DNA of 64,000 nt, taken from the NCBI GenBank assembly GCA_963776345.1, contig CAVZMH010000016.1, forward strand, positions 352,001-416,000, given 5' to 3'. A program made the translations under genes and the position numbers. Positions 31,498 through 41,307 of the stretch are shown here, piece by piece. The notes under the pieces were generated by a model that saw nothing but the letters and a program-made list of their open reading frames with translations, was not told where the DNA came from and made no database searches. This stretch comes from an uncultured delta proteobacterium (lineage in GTDB: Bacteria; Myxococcota; Myxococcia; Myxococcales; Myxococcaceae). Each line of letters starts with the position of its first letter. Position 1 is the first letter of the stretch.

Positions 31498-32790
31498 ATG
31501 GCCAAAGACACGCTGAGCATCACCGACAACCGCAGCGGTAAGTCCTACGAGCTCCCGATCAAGGACGGGTGCATCAAGACGGCGGATCTCCGGCAGATCC
31601 GCCTCGACGAGCACGACTTCGGGCTGATGGGATACGACCCGGCGTTCCTCAACACCGCCAACTGCCGGAGCGCCATCACCTTCATCGACGGCGACAAGGG
31701 CATCCTCGAGTACCGCGGGTACCCCATCGAGCAGCTGGCCGAGAAGTCCAGCTACCTCGAGGTGGCATACCTGCTGATGAACGGCGAGCTGCCCTCACGC
31801 AAGCAGCTCGACGACTTCGTCTACACGGTCACCCACCACACCTACGTCCACGAGAACATCAAGGCGTACATGGACGGGTTCCGCTACAACGCCCACCCCA
31901 TGTCGATGCTGGCCGCGACCGTGGCCGCGCTCTCCTCCTTCTACCCCGAGGCGAAGAACATCAAGGACGGCGGAAACCGCCGCGTCCAGATGATCCGCAT
32001 GGTCGCCAAGATGCCGACCATCGCCGCCTTCAGCTTCCGGCACTCGATGGGGCTGCCGTACGTCTACCCGAACAACGACCTGAGCTTCGTCGGGAACTTC
32101 CTGGCGATGATCAAGAAGATCGGGACCGACCACTACAAGGTGAATCCAGTCCTGGAGCACGCCCTGGAGGTACTGTTCATCCTCCACGCCGACCACGAGC
32201 AGAACTGCAGCACCACCGCCACCCGCCTGGTGGGCTCGAGCCAGGTGGACCCCTTCTCGGCGGTCGCCGCGGGCATCACCGCGCTGTACGGGCCGCTGCA
32301 CGGCGGCGCGAACGAGGCGGTGCTGAAGATGCTCCGCACCATCGGCCACGTGAGCAAGGTCCCCGAGTTCATCAAGGACGTGAAGGGGGGCGAGGGCGAG
32401 ACCAAGCTGATGGGCTTCGGCCACCGGGTCTACAAGAGCTACGACCCGCGGGCGAAGGTCATCAAGCGCGTGGCGGACGAGGTGTTCGAGGTCACGGGCA
32501 AGAGCCCGCTCCTGGACATCGCGCTGGAGCTGGAGCGGATCGCGCTCCAGGACGACTACTTCGTGAAGCGGAAGCTCTACCCCAACGTCGACTTCTACTC
32601 GGGGCTGATCTACGAGGCGCTGGGTTTCCACTCCGAGTTCTTCCCGGTGCTCTTCGCCATCCCCCGCACCGTCGGCTGGGCCGCCCAGTGGGAGGAGATG
32701 GTGCTGGACAGCGAGCAGAAGATCGCCCGCCCCCGGCAGATCTACACCGGCGCCAAGCGCCGGGACTACCTTGCCTTCGACAAGCGCTGA
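31498..32790 (+). CDS. gltA: Citrate synthase
   Basis: [28 protein letters not shown] and YPNVDFYSG motifs. Confidence 0.96.
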   Translation: MAKDTLSITDNRSGKSYELPIKDGCIKTADLRQIRLDEHDFGLMGYDPAFLNTANCRSAITFIDGDKGILEYRGYPIEQLAEKSSYLEVAYLLMNGELPSRKQLDDFVYTVTHHTYVHENIKAYMDGFRYNAHPMSMLAATVAALSSFYPEAKNIKDGGNRRVQMIRMVAKMPTIAAFSFRHSMGLPYVYPNNDLSFVGNFLAMIKKIGTDHYKVNPVLEHALEVLFILHADHEQNCSTTATRLVGSSQVDPFSAVAAGITALYGPLHGGANEAVLKMLRTIGHVSKVPEFIKDVKGGEGETKLMGFGHRVYKSYDPRAKVIKRVADEVFEVTGKSPLLDIALELERIALQDDYFVKRKLYPNVDFYSGLIYEALGFHSEFFPVLFAIPRTVGWAAQWEEMVLDSEQKIARPRQIYTGAKRRDYLAFDKR

Positions 32791-32799
32791 CCCCGGACC

Positions 32800-33165
32800 A
32801 TGACGCTCGACTTCACCTGCCAGAAGTGCGAGGGCACCTTCGAGATCGACGCCCAGGATCTCATCGACGGGACCGAGAAGCTCGAGTGCCCCCACTGCAA
32901 CACCCGCGCACCGGCGGCTGCGGTCGATGACTTCGTCGCCGCCCTCACCGAGATGCGGGCGCAGGTGGCGGCGCTGAGCAAGAAGTTCACGGTCTCCACC
33001 ACCCTGGAGAGCGAGGACCTGGCCGAGCTCGACGCCGACGAGGACGACGACGAGGACGAGGACGAGGAAGACGTCGACGACGACGAGGACGACGACGACG
33101 ACGACGACGACGAGGACCTCGACGAGGACGACGAAGACCTCGAGGACGAGGAGGAGAAGAAGTAG
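32800..33165 (+). CDS. Small Zn-ribbon protein with a long Asp/Glu tail
   Basis: CQKC and CPHC pairs; last ~45 residues almost all D/E; starts 9 nt after gltA. Confidence 0.8.
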   Translation: MTLDFTCQKCEGTFEIDAQDLIDGTEKLECPHCNTRAPAAAVDDFVAALTEMRAQVAALSKKFTVSTTLESEDLAELDADEDDDEDEDEEDVDDDEDDDDDDDDEDLDEDDEDLEDEEEKK

Positions 33166-33227
33166 CCGACGTCCCCCGCGTGTCGCCCGGCGCCCGCAGG
33201 GCTCGGCGCCGCAGCAGCCGCTGACTG

Positions 33228-33266
33228 GAAAGCCCGGCCCCCCCTCCCAAGGGAAGCCGGGCTTTC
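33228..33266. terminator. Stem-loop downstream of gltA and the Zn-ribbon gene (possible terminator)
   Basis: GAAAGCCCGGC ... GCCGGGCTTTC, a perfect 11-bp inverted repeat with only a short T run. Confidence 0.5.
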
Positions 33267-33411
33267 GCGAGGCGAACTCCGATGGGGCATCGCCACCCGT
33301 GCGGCTTGGGTGACGAGTCTGGTGGAGCAGCGTCGGCCCTGCTCCATCGTGGGAGCCTGTTCGTATTCCGCCCGGCGATTGAGTGTCAAGAACCGCGCTG
33401 GCGGAGGCAGG

Positions 33412-34818
33412 ATGCATGCCGTGGCGCGTCGCTCGAAGATCGTCTGCACGCTGGGCCCGGCGTCCGATGCGCCCCGCGTGCTGGCTGGAATGGTCGCCGC
33501 GGGTATGGACGTGGCGCGCCTCAACTTCTCCCACGGGAGCGCGGCCGAGCACCGGGCCCGCACAGGGATGGTGCGCCGGATCGCGCGGAGGGCCGGGCGC
33601 AACGTCGCGATCCTCCAGGACCTCCAGGGCCCCAAGCTGCGGCTGGGGACCTTCGCGGAGGGCCGGGTGGAGCTCGTCGCCGGCGACACGGTGCTGCTGG
33701 CCACGCAGGCCGGTGTGGTGGGCAGCCCACGGCTCATCCCCGTCCCGCTACCCTCGCTGGCCCTTGACTGCCGCGTGGGAGACCCGGTGCTCCTCGACGA
33801 CGGCCGGCTGCGGCTCCGGGTCCGCCGGCGGCGAGGCCGGGACGTGGAGGCCGAGGTCGAGGTGGGCGGCCCCATCTCCGACCACAAGGGAGTGAGCCTG
33901 CCCGGCGCGGCGTTGTCGATCCCCGCGTTCACTCCCAAGGACCGGCGCGATGCCGCGCTGGGCCGGGCGCTCGGGGTGGACCTGGTCGCCATGTCCTTCG
34001 TGCGCTCCGCACGCGACGTGGAGCGGGCGCGCCGGCACCTCGCGCCGGGCACGCCGCTGATCGCCAAGATGGAGAAGCCGCAGGCGATCGAGGCGATGGA
34101 GGAGATCCTCCGCACCGCCGACGGGGTGATGGTGGCCCGCGGCGACCTCGGCGTCGAGCTGCCGCTGGAGCAGGTGCCGGGGATCCAGAAGCGGCTGGTG
34201 CGGCGGGCCAACGTGCTCGGCCGCACCTGCATCGTGGCCACCGAGATGCTGGAGAGCATGATCCAGTCGCCCCGCCCCACCCGCGCCGAGGTCTCGGACG
34301 TGGCCAACGCGGTGCTGGACGGCGCGGATGCGGTGATGCTCTCGGCGGAGACCGCGGTCGGCCACGACCCGGTCGCGGCGGTGGCGACGATGGCCCGCAT
34401 CGTGGAGGAGGCGGAGCGCTCCGCCCCCGCACGGGTCCGACCCGAGCTCGACGGGGCGTCCGTGTCCTCGGGCATCGCCGCGGCAGCGGTGGAGGCGGCG
34501 CGCAGCGTCGGCGCGAAGGTCATCGTGGCCTACACCGAGAGCGGCTACACCGCGCGCCTGGTCGCCGCGTTCCGTCCCCCGATGCCCGTCCTCGCGCTCA
34601 CGCCGAACGAGCCGGTGGTTCACCAGCTCGCCCTCGCCTGGGGCGTGGAGGCACACCGGGTTCCGCGGCTGCGCTCGACCGACGCGGTCATGCAGCGGGC
34701 CCGGACCGAGGCGCGCCGGCGCGGCCTCGCCGCTCCGGGCGAGCGGATGGCCATCGTCGCCGGGGTGCCCCTGAACGAGCCCGGGAACACCAACGTGCTC
34801 ACGGTGCAGCGGGTGTGA
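33412..34818 (+). CDS. pyk: Pyruvate kinase
   Basis: KIVCTLGPAS, ARLNFSHG, DLQGPKLR, MVARGDLG and PTRAEVSDVANA motifs. Confidence 0.95.
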   Translation: MHAVARRSKIVCTLGPASDAPRVLAGMVAAGMDVARLNFSHGSAAEHRARTGMVRRIARRAGRNVAILQDLQGPKLRLGTFAEGRVELVAGDTVLLATQAGVVGSPRLIPVPLPSLALDCRVGDPVLLDDGRLRLRVRRRRGRDVEAEVEVGGPISDHKGVSLPGAALSIPAFTPKDRRDAALGRALGVDLVAMSFVRSARDVERARRHLAPGTPLIAKMEKPQAIEAMEEILRTADGVMVARGDLGVELPLEQVPGIQKRLVRRANVLGRTCIVATEMLESMIQSPRPTRAEVSDVANAVLDGADAVMLSAETAVGHDPVAAVATMARIVEEAERSAPARVRPELDGASVSSGIAAAAVEAARSVGAKVIVAYTESGYTARLVAAFRPPMPVLALTPNEPVVHQLALAWGVEAHRVPRLRSTDAVMQRARTEARRRGLAAPGERMAIVAGVPLNEPGNTNVLTVQRV

Positions 34819-35798
34819 TCTCGCCGAGGCCGTCCGGCCCGGCCCCTCGCGCGCGGGCCAGCGCCGCTCGGCACGCGCCCGGGAGCGCACGTCTGTCGAG
34901 AGGCGGACTCCGGACGTGGGTGATCGCCGTGGTGCTGGCCCTCGGCGCCCCGGTCGCCGCTCAGGAGCAGGAGGTGGGCGACGCCGAAGAGGCCCCGACC
35001 TCGCCGGGAACCGATGCCGGGCAGGTCCCGACCTCGCCGGAACCCGACGCCGGGGAGGCCCCGACCTCGCCGGGAGCCGACGACCGCGACGCCTCGGAGC
35101 GGGATGCTTCCGCCCGCGTCACCCACCGGCCCCCATCCGCTCGCTTCGAGCTGAAGCGCACCGCCTCGAATCGGGGTGCGATCGACCAGAGCACCCGCAC
35201 GACGCTCCGCGCCGAAGTTCTCCTCGACTCCCCCGTGACCCTGGTGCGGCTCGAGCTACCCTTCGTCGACAAGAACGACAGCACCACCGGCGAGTCGCTG
35301 ACCCCGGGGTTCGGCGATCTGAAGAGCAGGGTCGCCTTCGCACCGTTGCCGGTCCCCGGAGCTCCGATCGCGTTCTTCTTCGAGCTCGTCTTCCCCACCG
35401 CGAGGGACTCGCTCGGCTTCGGGAAGTACCAGGTTGCGCCCGGGGTCACGGCGACGATGAACCTCGCGTCGTGGCACCAGCCTCTGCTCCTCTTCGTTCC
35501 GCTGCTCGAGCACTTCGTCTCGTTCGCCGGCGACCCGAGCCGCGACCCGGTCAACTACACGCAGGCGGAGCTCAACGTCGAGGCGCGGTGGCCCGCCCTC
35601 TGGCTCAGCCTGAACGCCAAGCCGGTGCTCGACTGGACGAAGGGGGGTGACTCGGCCTCCGTGCTCGAGCTGGAGCTGAGCTGGCTCCCCTCCACCCACT
35701 GGCGACTCTGGTTCAAGGTGGGGCAGCGCCTGTGGGGCGGGCGCCTTCCAGCCACCTACGACCAGCAGCTGGAGCTCGGAGTTCGCTGGACTCCCTGA
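34815..35798 (+). CDS. Hypothetical exported protein, possibly an outer-membrane barrel (start uncertain)
   Basis: Signal-like VIAVVLALGAPVAAQ; repeat linker; GFGDL motif; amphipathic strands ending LELGVRW. Confidence 0.6.
   Translation: MISPRPSGPAPRARASAARHAPGSARLSRGGLRTWVIAVVLALGAPVAAQEQEVGDAEEAPTSPGTDAGQVPTSPEPDAGEAPTSPGADDRDASERDASARVTHRPPSARFELKRTASNRGAIDQSTRTTLRAEVLLDSPVTLVRLELPFVDKNDSTTGESLTPGFGDLKSRVAFAPLPVPGAPIAFFFELVFPTARDSLGFGKYQVAPGVTATMNLASWHQPLLLFVPLLEHFVSFAGDPSRDPVNYTQAELNVEARWPALWLSLNAKPVLDWTKGGDSASVLELELSWLPSTHWRLWFKVGQRLWGGRLPATYDQQLELGVRWTP
34980..35078 (+). repeat. 3 x 33-bp coding tandem repeat (DAxxxPTSPxx)
   Basis: DAEEAPTSPGT / DAGQVPTSPEP / DAGEAPTSPGA with core cccgacctcgccgg. 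Confidence 0.88.
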
Positions 35799-35825
35799 CC
35801 GCCTGCCCCCCCCGGCGGTGCCGCC

Positions 35826-36833
35826 TCAGGACACGCCCGGGTGCTCCCGCCATCCGTGCAGCAGGTGGATGTAGTTCGCGCGCTCGTACGCCGAGGGGTC
35901 GGGGCACGCCTTGAGGTTCATGCTCCCCCGCAGCTGCCGGACGGAGGTGTACTCGCGCTCCACCAGCCACCGCTCCAGCGACGCCCGCAGCGACATCAGT
36001 CGCGAGGGACCGTTCCGGAGCAAGGTGGAGACCAGCTGGACGGCCGTCGCGCCCGCCATCAGCGCGCGGATGATGTCCACCGTCTCGTGCACCCCGCCGC
36101 TGATCGCCAGGGGGATCTTCCGCTGCGACGAGAGGATCGCCAGCCAGCGGAGCCGGAGCGGGAGCTCGGAGCTGTCCGAGAGGTGGAGGACCCGCTTCAC
36201 CTCCAGCGCCTCCACGTCGATCTCCGGCTCGAACAGCCGGTTGAAGAGCACCAGCGCGTCCGCGCCCGCCTCCTCGAGGCCTCGGGCGACGTTGGCGACG
36301 GACGTGTAGAACGGCGAGAGCTTCACCGCGACCGGGATCTTCACCCGCTCCTTCAGCGTCCGGACCAGCTCCAGCATGTCCTTTTCCACCGCCGCGCCGT
36401 CGCGGGTCGGGTCGGTCGGCACGGCGTACAGGTTCAGCTCCAGCGCCGAGGCGCCCGCCTGTTCGATGAGCCGGGCGAAGTCGATCCACCCGCCGAGCGT
36501 CGTCCCGTTCAGCGAAGCGATGACCGGCACCTTCACCGCGGCGCGGATCTTCCGCAGCTGCTCGAGGTACCGGTCCGGGCCCATCCGGTAGTCGGACGGC
36601 TCCGGGAGCATGCTCGAGGCTTCCGCCGAGAAGCTCTGGTGCTGCTCGGTGGCCATGAACGTCGACAGCGCCTCCTGCGTGAGCTGCTCCTCGAACAGCG
36701 AGCGCATCACGATGGCCGGGGCGCCGGCGTCCTCCAGCGCCCGGACCGTGCCCAGCTCGTCCGCCAGCGGGGACGCCCCCGGCAACAGGGGGTGCGCCAG
36801 CTTCAGTCCCAGGTACTCGACCGAGAGATCCAT
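35826..36833 (-). CDS. Dihydroorotate dehydrogenase-like flavoprotein (PFOR-associated type)
   Basis: SLFEEQ, PVIASLNG, PVAVKLSPF, VLFNR and YERANY motifs; directly downstream of nifJ. Confidence 0.85.
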   Translation of the reverse strand: MDLSVEYLGLKLAHPLLPGASPLADELGTVRALEDAGAPAIVMRSLFEEQLTQEALSTFMATEQHQSFSAEASSMLPEPSDYRMGPDRYLEQLRKIRAAVKVPVIASLNGTTLGGWIDFARLIEQAGASALELNLYAVPTDPTRDGAAVEKDMLELVRTLKERVKIPVAVKLSPFYTSVANVARGLEEAGADALVLFNRLFEPEIDVEALEVKRVLHLSDSSELPLRLRWLAILSSQRKIPLAISGGVHETVDIIRALMAGATAVQLVSTLLRNGPSRLMSLRASLERWLVEREYTSVRQLRGSMNLKACPDPSAYERANYIHLLHGWREHPGVS

Positions 36834-36841
36834 GTGCGGGC

Positions 36842-39800
36842 TCACTCCAGGGCGGCCGCGGGTGGCGGCCGGACATCGGGGATGGCCGTGGCCTGCGGCA
36901 CGACGACCTTGGCCAGCTGCTCGTAGACGCCGTAGCGCTGGGTGACGTTCTGCTGCGCCCAGACCAGGAGCTGCTTGTAGCGCTCGGGGTCCAGCGACTC
37001 GGTGATCCGGAAGCGGGCCTCCTCGCGCATGTACTCGCGCAGGGGGATCTTTGCCGGTCCCGAGTCGAGCACCAGCGGCGGCTGCCCGGCGGCGATGCGC
37101 CGCGGGTCGAAGCGGTAGAGCGGCCAGGTCGCCGAGTCCACCGCCCGCTTCTGCTGCTCGAGCCCGTGCACCAGGTCGTAGCCATGGGCGATGCAGTGGC
37201 TGTAGGCGATGACCAGCGAGGGGCCGCGGTAGCTCTCGGCCTCGAGCATCGCCCTGACCACCTGCGCGTCCTTGGCCCCGAAGGCCACCTGGGCCACGTA
37301 GGCGGTCCGGTAGCCCATCGCCAGGAGCCCCAGGTCCTTCTTCCCGGTGGACTTGCCGGCAGCGGCGAACTTGGCCGCGGCGCCGAGCGGCGTGGCCTTG
37401 GACTGCTGGCCGCCGGTGTTCGAGTACACCTCGGTGTCGAGCACCAGGATGTTCACGTCCACGTCCGTCGAGACGACGTGGTCGAGCCCGCCGTAGCCGA
37501 TGTCGTAGGCCCAGCCGTCGCCGCCGACGATCCACACCGTCTTCTTCACCAGGTGGTCGGCGAGGCTGCCCAGGGTCCGGCCCTCGAGGGTGTCGGGTTT
37601 CACCCGGGCCTTCAGCTCGGCGACTCGCTTCCGCTGCGCGGCGATGCCGCCTTCCGTGGACTGGTCCGCCTCGAGCAGCGCGGTGACGAACGCGTCCCCG
37701 AGCACCGGGGCCTGCCGCTTGAGCACCGTCTCCGCGAGGTGCCGGAGCGCGTCCGACCCGAGGCGGATGCCGAAGCCGAACTCGGCGTTGTCCTCGAAGA
37801 GCGAGTTGGCCCAGGCCGGGCCGCGCCCCTCGCGGTTCACCGTGTACGGGGTCGTCGGGAGGTTCCCTCCGTAGATCGACGAGCAGCCGGTGGCGTTGGC
37901 GACGATCAGCCGGTCCCCGAAGAGCTGGGTCAAGAGCTTGATGTACGGCGTCTCACCGCAGCCGGAGCAGGCGCCCGAGAACTCGAACAGCGGCTGGAGG
38001 AACTGCGAGCCCTTCACGTCCATCCGGAGCGTGGTCCGATCCACCTCGGGCAGGTCGAGGAAGAACTCGAACGACCTCGCTTCCTGGAGGCGGAGCGGCG
38101 GCTGTGGCGCGAGCTCCAGCGCCTTGTGGCGGGGGTTCGCCTTGTCCTTCGCCGGGCAAACCTCGATGCAGAGCCCGCAGCCGGTGCAGTCCTCCGGCGC
38201 GACCTGGACCGTGTACGCGCTTCCGGCCTGGCCCTTGAAGGCCATGTGCTTGAAGCCCTGGGGCGCGGTGGCCACCGCCCCCTCTCCGTAGACCTTGGTC
38301 CGGATGGCGGCGTGCGGGCAGACCAGCGCGCACTTGTTGCACTGGATGCAGATCGGCGCGTCCCAGACGGGGATCTCCAGCGCCAGGTTCCGCTTCTCCC
38401 ACTTCGCCGTTGCCGTGGGCCAGGTCCCGTCCACCGGGAAGGCGCTGACCGGGAGCAGGTCGCCCTTGTTCTCCAGCATCACCGCCGTGACCCGGCGCAC
38501 GAAGTCTGGCGCCTCGGGAGCGACGACCGGCGGCCGGCCGCGGGTCGAGGTCATCTTCCCCGGCACCTTCACCGGGAAGAGCGAGGCGAGCGAGGCGTCC
38601 ACCGCGGCGTGGTTCCGCCGCACCACCTCGGCGCCCTTCTTCTTGTAGGTCTTCTCGATGGACTTCTTGATCTGGTCGATGGCCTCGTCGCGCGGGAGCA
38701 CGCCGGAGAGCGCGAAGAAGCAGGCCTGCATCACGGCGTTGATCCGCCCGCCCATCCCCGCCGCCTGCGCGACCTTCACCGCATCGATGACGTGGAGCTG
38801 GAGCTTCTTCTCCAGCACCGTCTCCTGGAACTCGCGCGGCAGCCGGTCCCAGAGCTGTTCCGGGGCGTACGGGGCGTTGATCAGCACCACCGCGCCCGGC
38901 GCGGCGAGGTCCAGCACGTCCATCCGGTCGATGAGCTGGAACTGGTGCACGCCCACGAAGCCGGCCTCCTTGACCAGGTACGACGAGCGGATGGGCCCTG
39001 GCCCGAAGCGGAGGTGGCTGATGGTCATCGCCCCCGACTTCTTCGAGTCGTAGACGAAGTAGCCCTGGGCCGCGTGGTCCGTCTCCTCACCGATGATCTT
39101 GATCGAGGCCTTGTTGGCGCCGACGGTCCCGTCCGAGCCGAGGCCGTAGAACACCGCCTGGGTACGGCCCGGCACCGAGATCTCGAAGTCCCGCCTCCAG
39201 TCGAGCGAGGTCCGGGTCACGTCGTCGACGATGCCCACCGTGAAGTGGTTCTTCGGCTCGGGGCGGCCGAGGTTCTCGAAGACCGCCCGCACCATGCCGG
39301 GATCGAACTCCTTCGAGGACAGCCCGTACCTGCCACCCACCACGGTCGGCATCGGACGGCTGGTGCGGGCCTCGGCGAACGTCGTCAAGACGTCCATGTA
39401 CAGCGGCTCGCCCGGGGCGCCGGGTTCCTTGGTGCGATCGAGCACCGACACCGCGCGGACGGTCTTCGGGAGCCCGGCGAGGAAGGCCGCCGCCGGGAAG
39501 GGCCGGTACAGCCTTATCTTCAGGACGCCGACCCGCTCACCCTTGGTCAGGAGCCAGTCGACGGTCTCGTGCGCCACCTCGGCCCCGGAGCCCATCGCCA
39601 CCACCACCCGCTCGGCCTCCGGGTGACCGTGGTAGTCGACGAGGTGGTACTGGCGGCCGGTGAGTCCCGCCAGTCGGTCCATCTCCTCCTGCACCAACCC
39701 CGGGACTGCGGCGTAGAACGGGTTGCAGGCCTCGCGGGCCTGGAAGAAGGCGTCCGGGTTCTGCGCCGTGCCGCGGAGCACCGGGTGCTCGGGGTCGAGG

Positions 39801-40423
39801 GCGCGGGCGCGGTGGGCGGCGATCGCCTCCTCGTTCACCATCGCGCGGAGCTGCTCGTCCGAGATCTCGGCGATCTTCGCCACCTCGTGCGAGGTGCGGA
39901 ACCCGTCGAAGAAGTGGAGGAACGGCACCCGGGCCCTCAGCGTCGTCGCGTGGGCCACCGCCGCGAGGTCGTGCGCCTCCTGCACCGAGCCAGAGGCCAG
40001 GAGCCCCAGCCCGATCTGCCGGCAGGCCATCACGTCCGAGTGGTCGCCGAAGATGCTCAGCGCGTGAGTGGCGAGCGTCCTCGCCGCCACGTGCATGCAG
40101 AACGCGGTGAGCTCCCCGGCGATCTTGTAGAGGTTGGGGATCATCAGGAGCAGGCCCTGCGACGCGGTGAAGGTCGTCGTCAGCGCCCCGGCCTGGAGCG
40201 CCCCGTGGACCGCTCCGGCCACGCCGGCCTCGGACTGGAGCTGCACGACCCGCGGGACCACGCCCCAGATGTTCTGTTGCCCGTGCGCCGACCACTCGTC
40301 GGCCAGCTCGGCCATCGCCGAGGAGGGGGTAATGGGGTAGATGGCGATGGTCTCGGACAGCCTGTGGGCGACCGAGGCCACGGCCTCGTTCCCGTCAACC
40401 GTGAGGAGGCGCGGCGAGCTCAT
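36842..40423 (-). CDS. nifJ: Pyruvate:ferredoxin (flavodoxin) oxidoreductase, single-chain
   Basis: YPITPSS, CIQCNKCALVCP, CTGCGLCIEVCP, SGACSGCGE and GDGWAYDIG motifs; ~1190 aa. Confidence 0.96.
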   Translation of the reverse strand: MSSPRLLTVDGNEAVASVAHRLSETIAIYPITPSSAMAELADEWSAHGQQNIWGVVPRVVQLQSEAGVAGAVHGALQAGALTTTFTASQGLLLMIPNLYKIAGELTAFCMHVAARTLATHALSIFGDHSDVMACRQIGLGLLASGSVQEAHDLAAVAHATTLRARVPFLHFFDGFRTSHEVAKIAEISDEQLRAMVNEEAIAAHRARALDPEHPVLRGTAQNPDAFFQAREACNPFYAAVPGLVQEEMDRLAGLTGRQYHLVDYHGHPEAERVVVAMGSGAEVAHETVDWLLTKGERVGVLKIRLYRPFPAAAFLAGLPKTVRAVSVLDRTKEPGAPGEPLYMDVLTTFAEARTSRPMPTVVGGRYGLSSKEFDPGMVRAVFENLGRPEPKNHFTVGIVDDVTRTSLDWRRDFEISVPGRTQAVFYGLGSDGTVGANKASIKIIGEETDHAAQGYFVYDSKKSGAMTISHLRFGPGPIRSSYLVKEAGFVGVHQFQLIDRMDVLDLAAPGAVVLINAPYAPEQLWDRLPREFQETVLEKKLQLHVIDAVKVAQAAGMGGRINAVMQACFFALSGVLPRDEAIDQIKKSIEKTYKKKGAEVVRRNHAAVDASLASLFPVKVPGKMTSTRGRPPVVAPEAPDFVRRVTAVMLENKGDLLPVSAFPVDGTWPTATAKWEKRNLALEIPVWDAPICIQCNKCALVCPHAAIRTKVYGEGAVATAPQGFKHMAFKGQAGSAYTVQVAPEDCTGCGLCIEVCPAKDKANPRHKALELAPQPPLRLQEARSFEFFLDLPEVDRTTLRMDVKGSQFLQPLFEFSGACSGCGETPYIKLLTQLFGDRLIVANATGCSSIYGGNLPTTPYTVNREGRGPAWANSLFEDNAEFGFGIRLGSDALRHLAETVLKRQAPVLGDAFVTALLEADQSTEGGIAAQRKRVAELKARVKPDTLEGRTLGSLADHLVKKTVWIVGGDGWAYDIGYGGLDHVVSTDVDVNILVLDTEVYSNTGGQQSKATPLGAAAKFAAAGKSTGKKDLGLLAMGYRTAYVAQVAFGAKDAQVVRAMLEAESYRGPSLVIAYSHCIAHGYDLVHGLEQQKRAVDSATWPLYRFDPRRIAAGQPPLVLDSGPAKIPLREYMREEARFRITESLDPERYKQLLVWAQQNVTQRYGVYEQLAKVVVPQATAIPDVRPPPAAALE

Positions 40424-40662
40424 GACCCCGGGCGAAAGCACGACCCGTGCCCCCCGCGCACGACGCACCGCATAGGAGGGCTCGGGGGCGGATCCGCCTG
40501 CAGCACTTGCGGTTCAGGGGGAGCGCCAGGGCCGTAGTTGCGCACGGTTCTCGCAAGCCTTCCGACCGGCTCCGGGATGGCAAGTACCGGGGCGCAGGGA
40601 GTGCGCGGGGCGCCCGTCGCACGGTGGGACCGCGAAACCTTTGCGGGTCAGGAGGACCGACC

Positions 40663-41115
40663 ATGGAGCTGAGCGCGAGTCAGGTTCGCAGCCTCATCCT
40701 GGACGAGCACACGGTGCTCCGGGACGTCCTCGACGAGATTGAGGAGACGCTGGGTGAGATGACGCGGCGAGTCCCCGGCGCCATCGGGCGCCTCCGGGCC
40801 AGCCTGCGGACGCTGCACGATGCATTCCTCAGGCACCTGAGCCACGAGGAGACGGTCCTCCGGCCCATCCTGGTCGACGTGGACGCGTGGGGACCCGCCC
40901 GGGTGGAGGCGATGGACGAGGAGCACCGGGCGCAGCGGACGGCGCTCGCCGAGCTGCCCCGGCTCGCCCTGGACGAGGACGTGGACGGGACGGTGCAGCG
41001 CATTGAGGACCTTGTGCGGAGGCTCCGCGCCGACATGGACGGCGAGGAGACCCACGCGCTCAGCGAGGAAGTGCTCCGCGACGACATCATCGTGATCGAC
41101 ACGTTCATGGGGTGA
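40663..41115 (+). CDS. Hemerythrin-like domain protein
   Basis: GGAGG RBS; H...HLSHEE...EEH...(D)MDGEE helical pattern. Confidence 0.75.
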   Translation: MELSASQVRSLILDEHTVLRDVLDEIEETLGEMTRRVPGAIGRLRASLRTLHDAFLRHLSHEETVLRPILVDVDAWGPARVEAMDEEHRAQRTALAELPRLALDEDVDGTVQRIEDLVRRLRADMDGEETHALSEEVLRDDIIVIDTFMG

Positions 41116-41307
41116 GGAGACCGCCCGGGCGACGCCCGGGGGCCAGGCCTCCCGGAACGCCCCCCGAGCCGCCGATTTCGGCGCCCTCCTGCACCGGCGT
41201 GGCAGCCGGGGCGGCACCTCGGCGAAATCGAGCGGCCATGGCTCCGACGGCCACGCAGGTCACCGGCATCACCGCGCCCGGGCCGTGACGGCCGCCCCGC
41301 GCGGGCG

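Noticed and set aside
33031..33156. (GAC/GAG)n tract as a non-coding microsatellite
   Set aside because: It is in frame and encodes the acidic tail of the Zn-ribbon protein.
17824..35078. The two 3 x 33-bp repeats as CRISPR arrays
   Set aside because: They are contiguous in-frame coding repeats with no unique spacers, and no cas genes are present.
40424..40662. Sigma54 promoters in the nifJ/hemerythrin intergenic region
   Set aside because: The candidates (GCGCACGGTTCTCGCA; GGTCGGAAGGCTTGC) lack the GG or have an 11-nt spacer.
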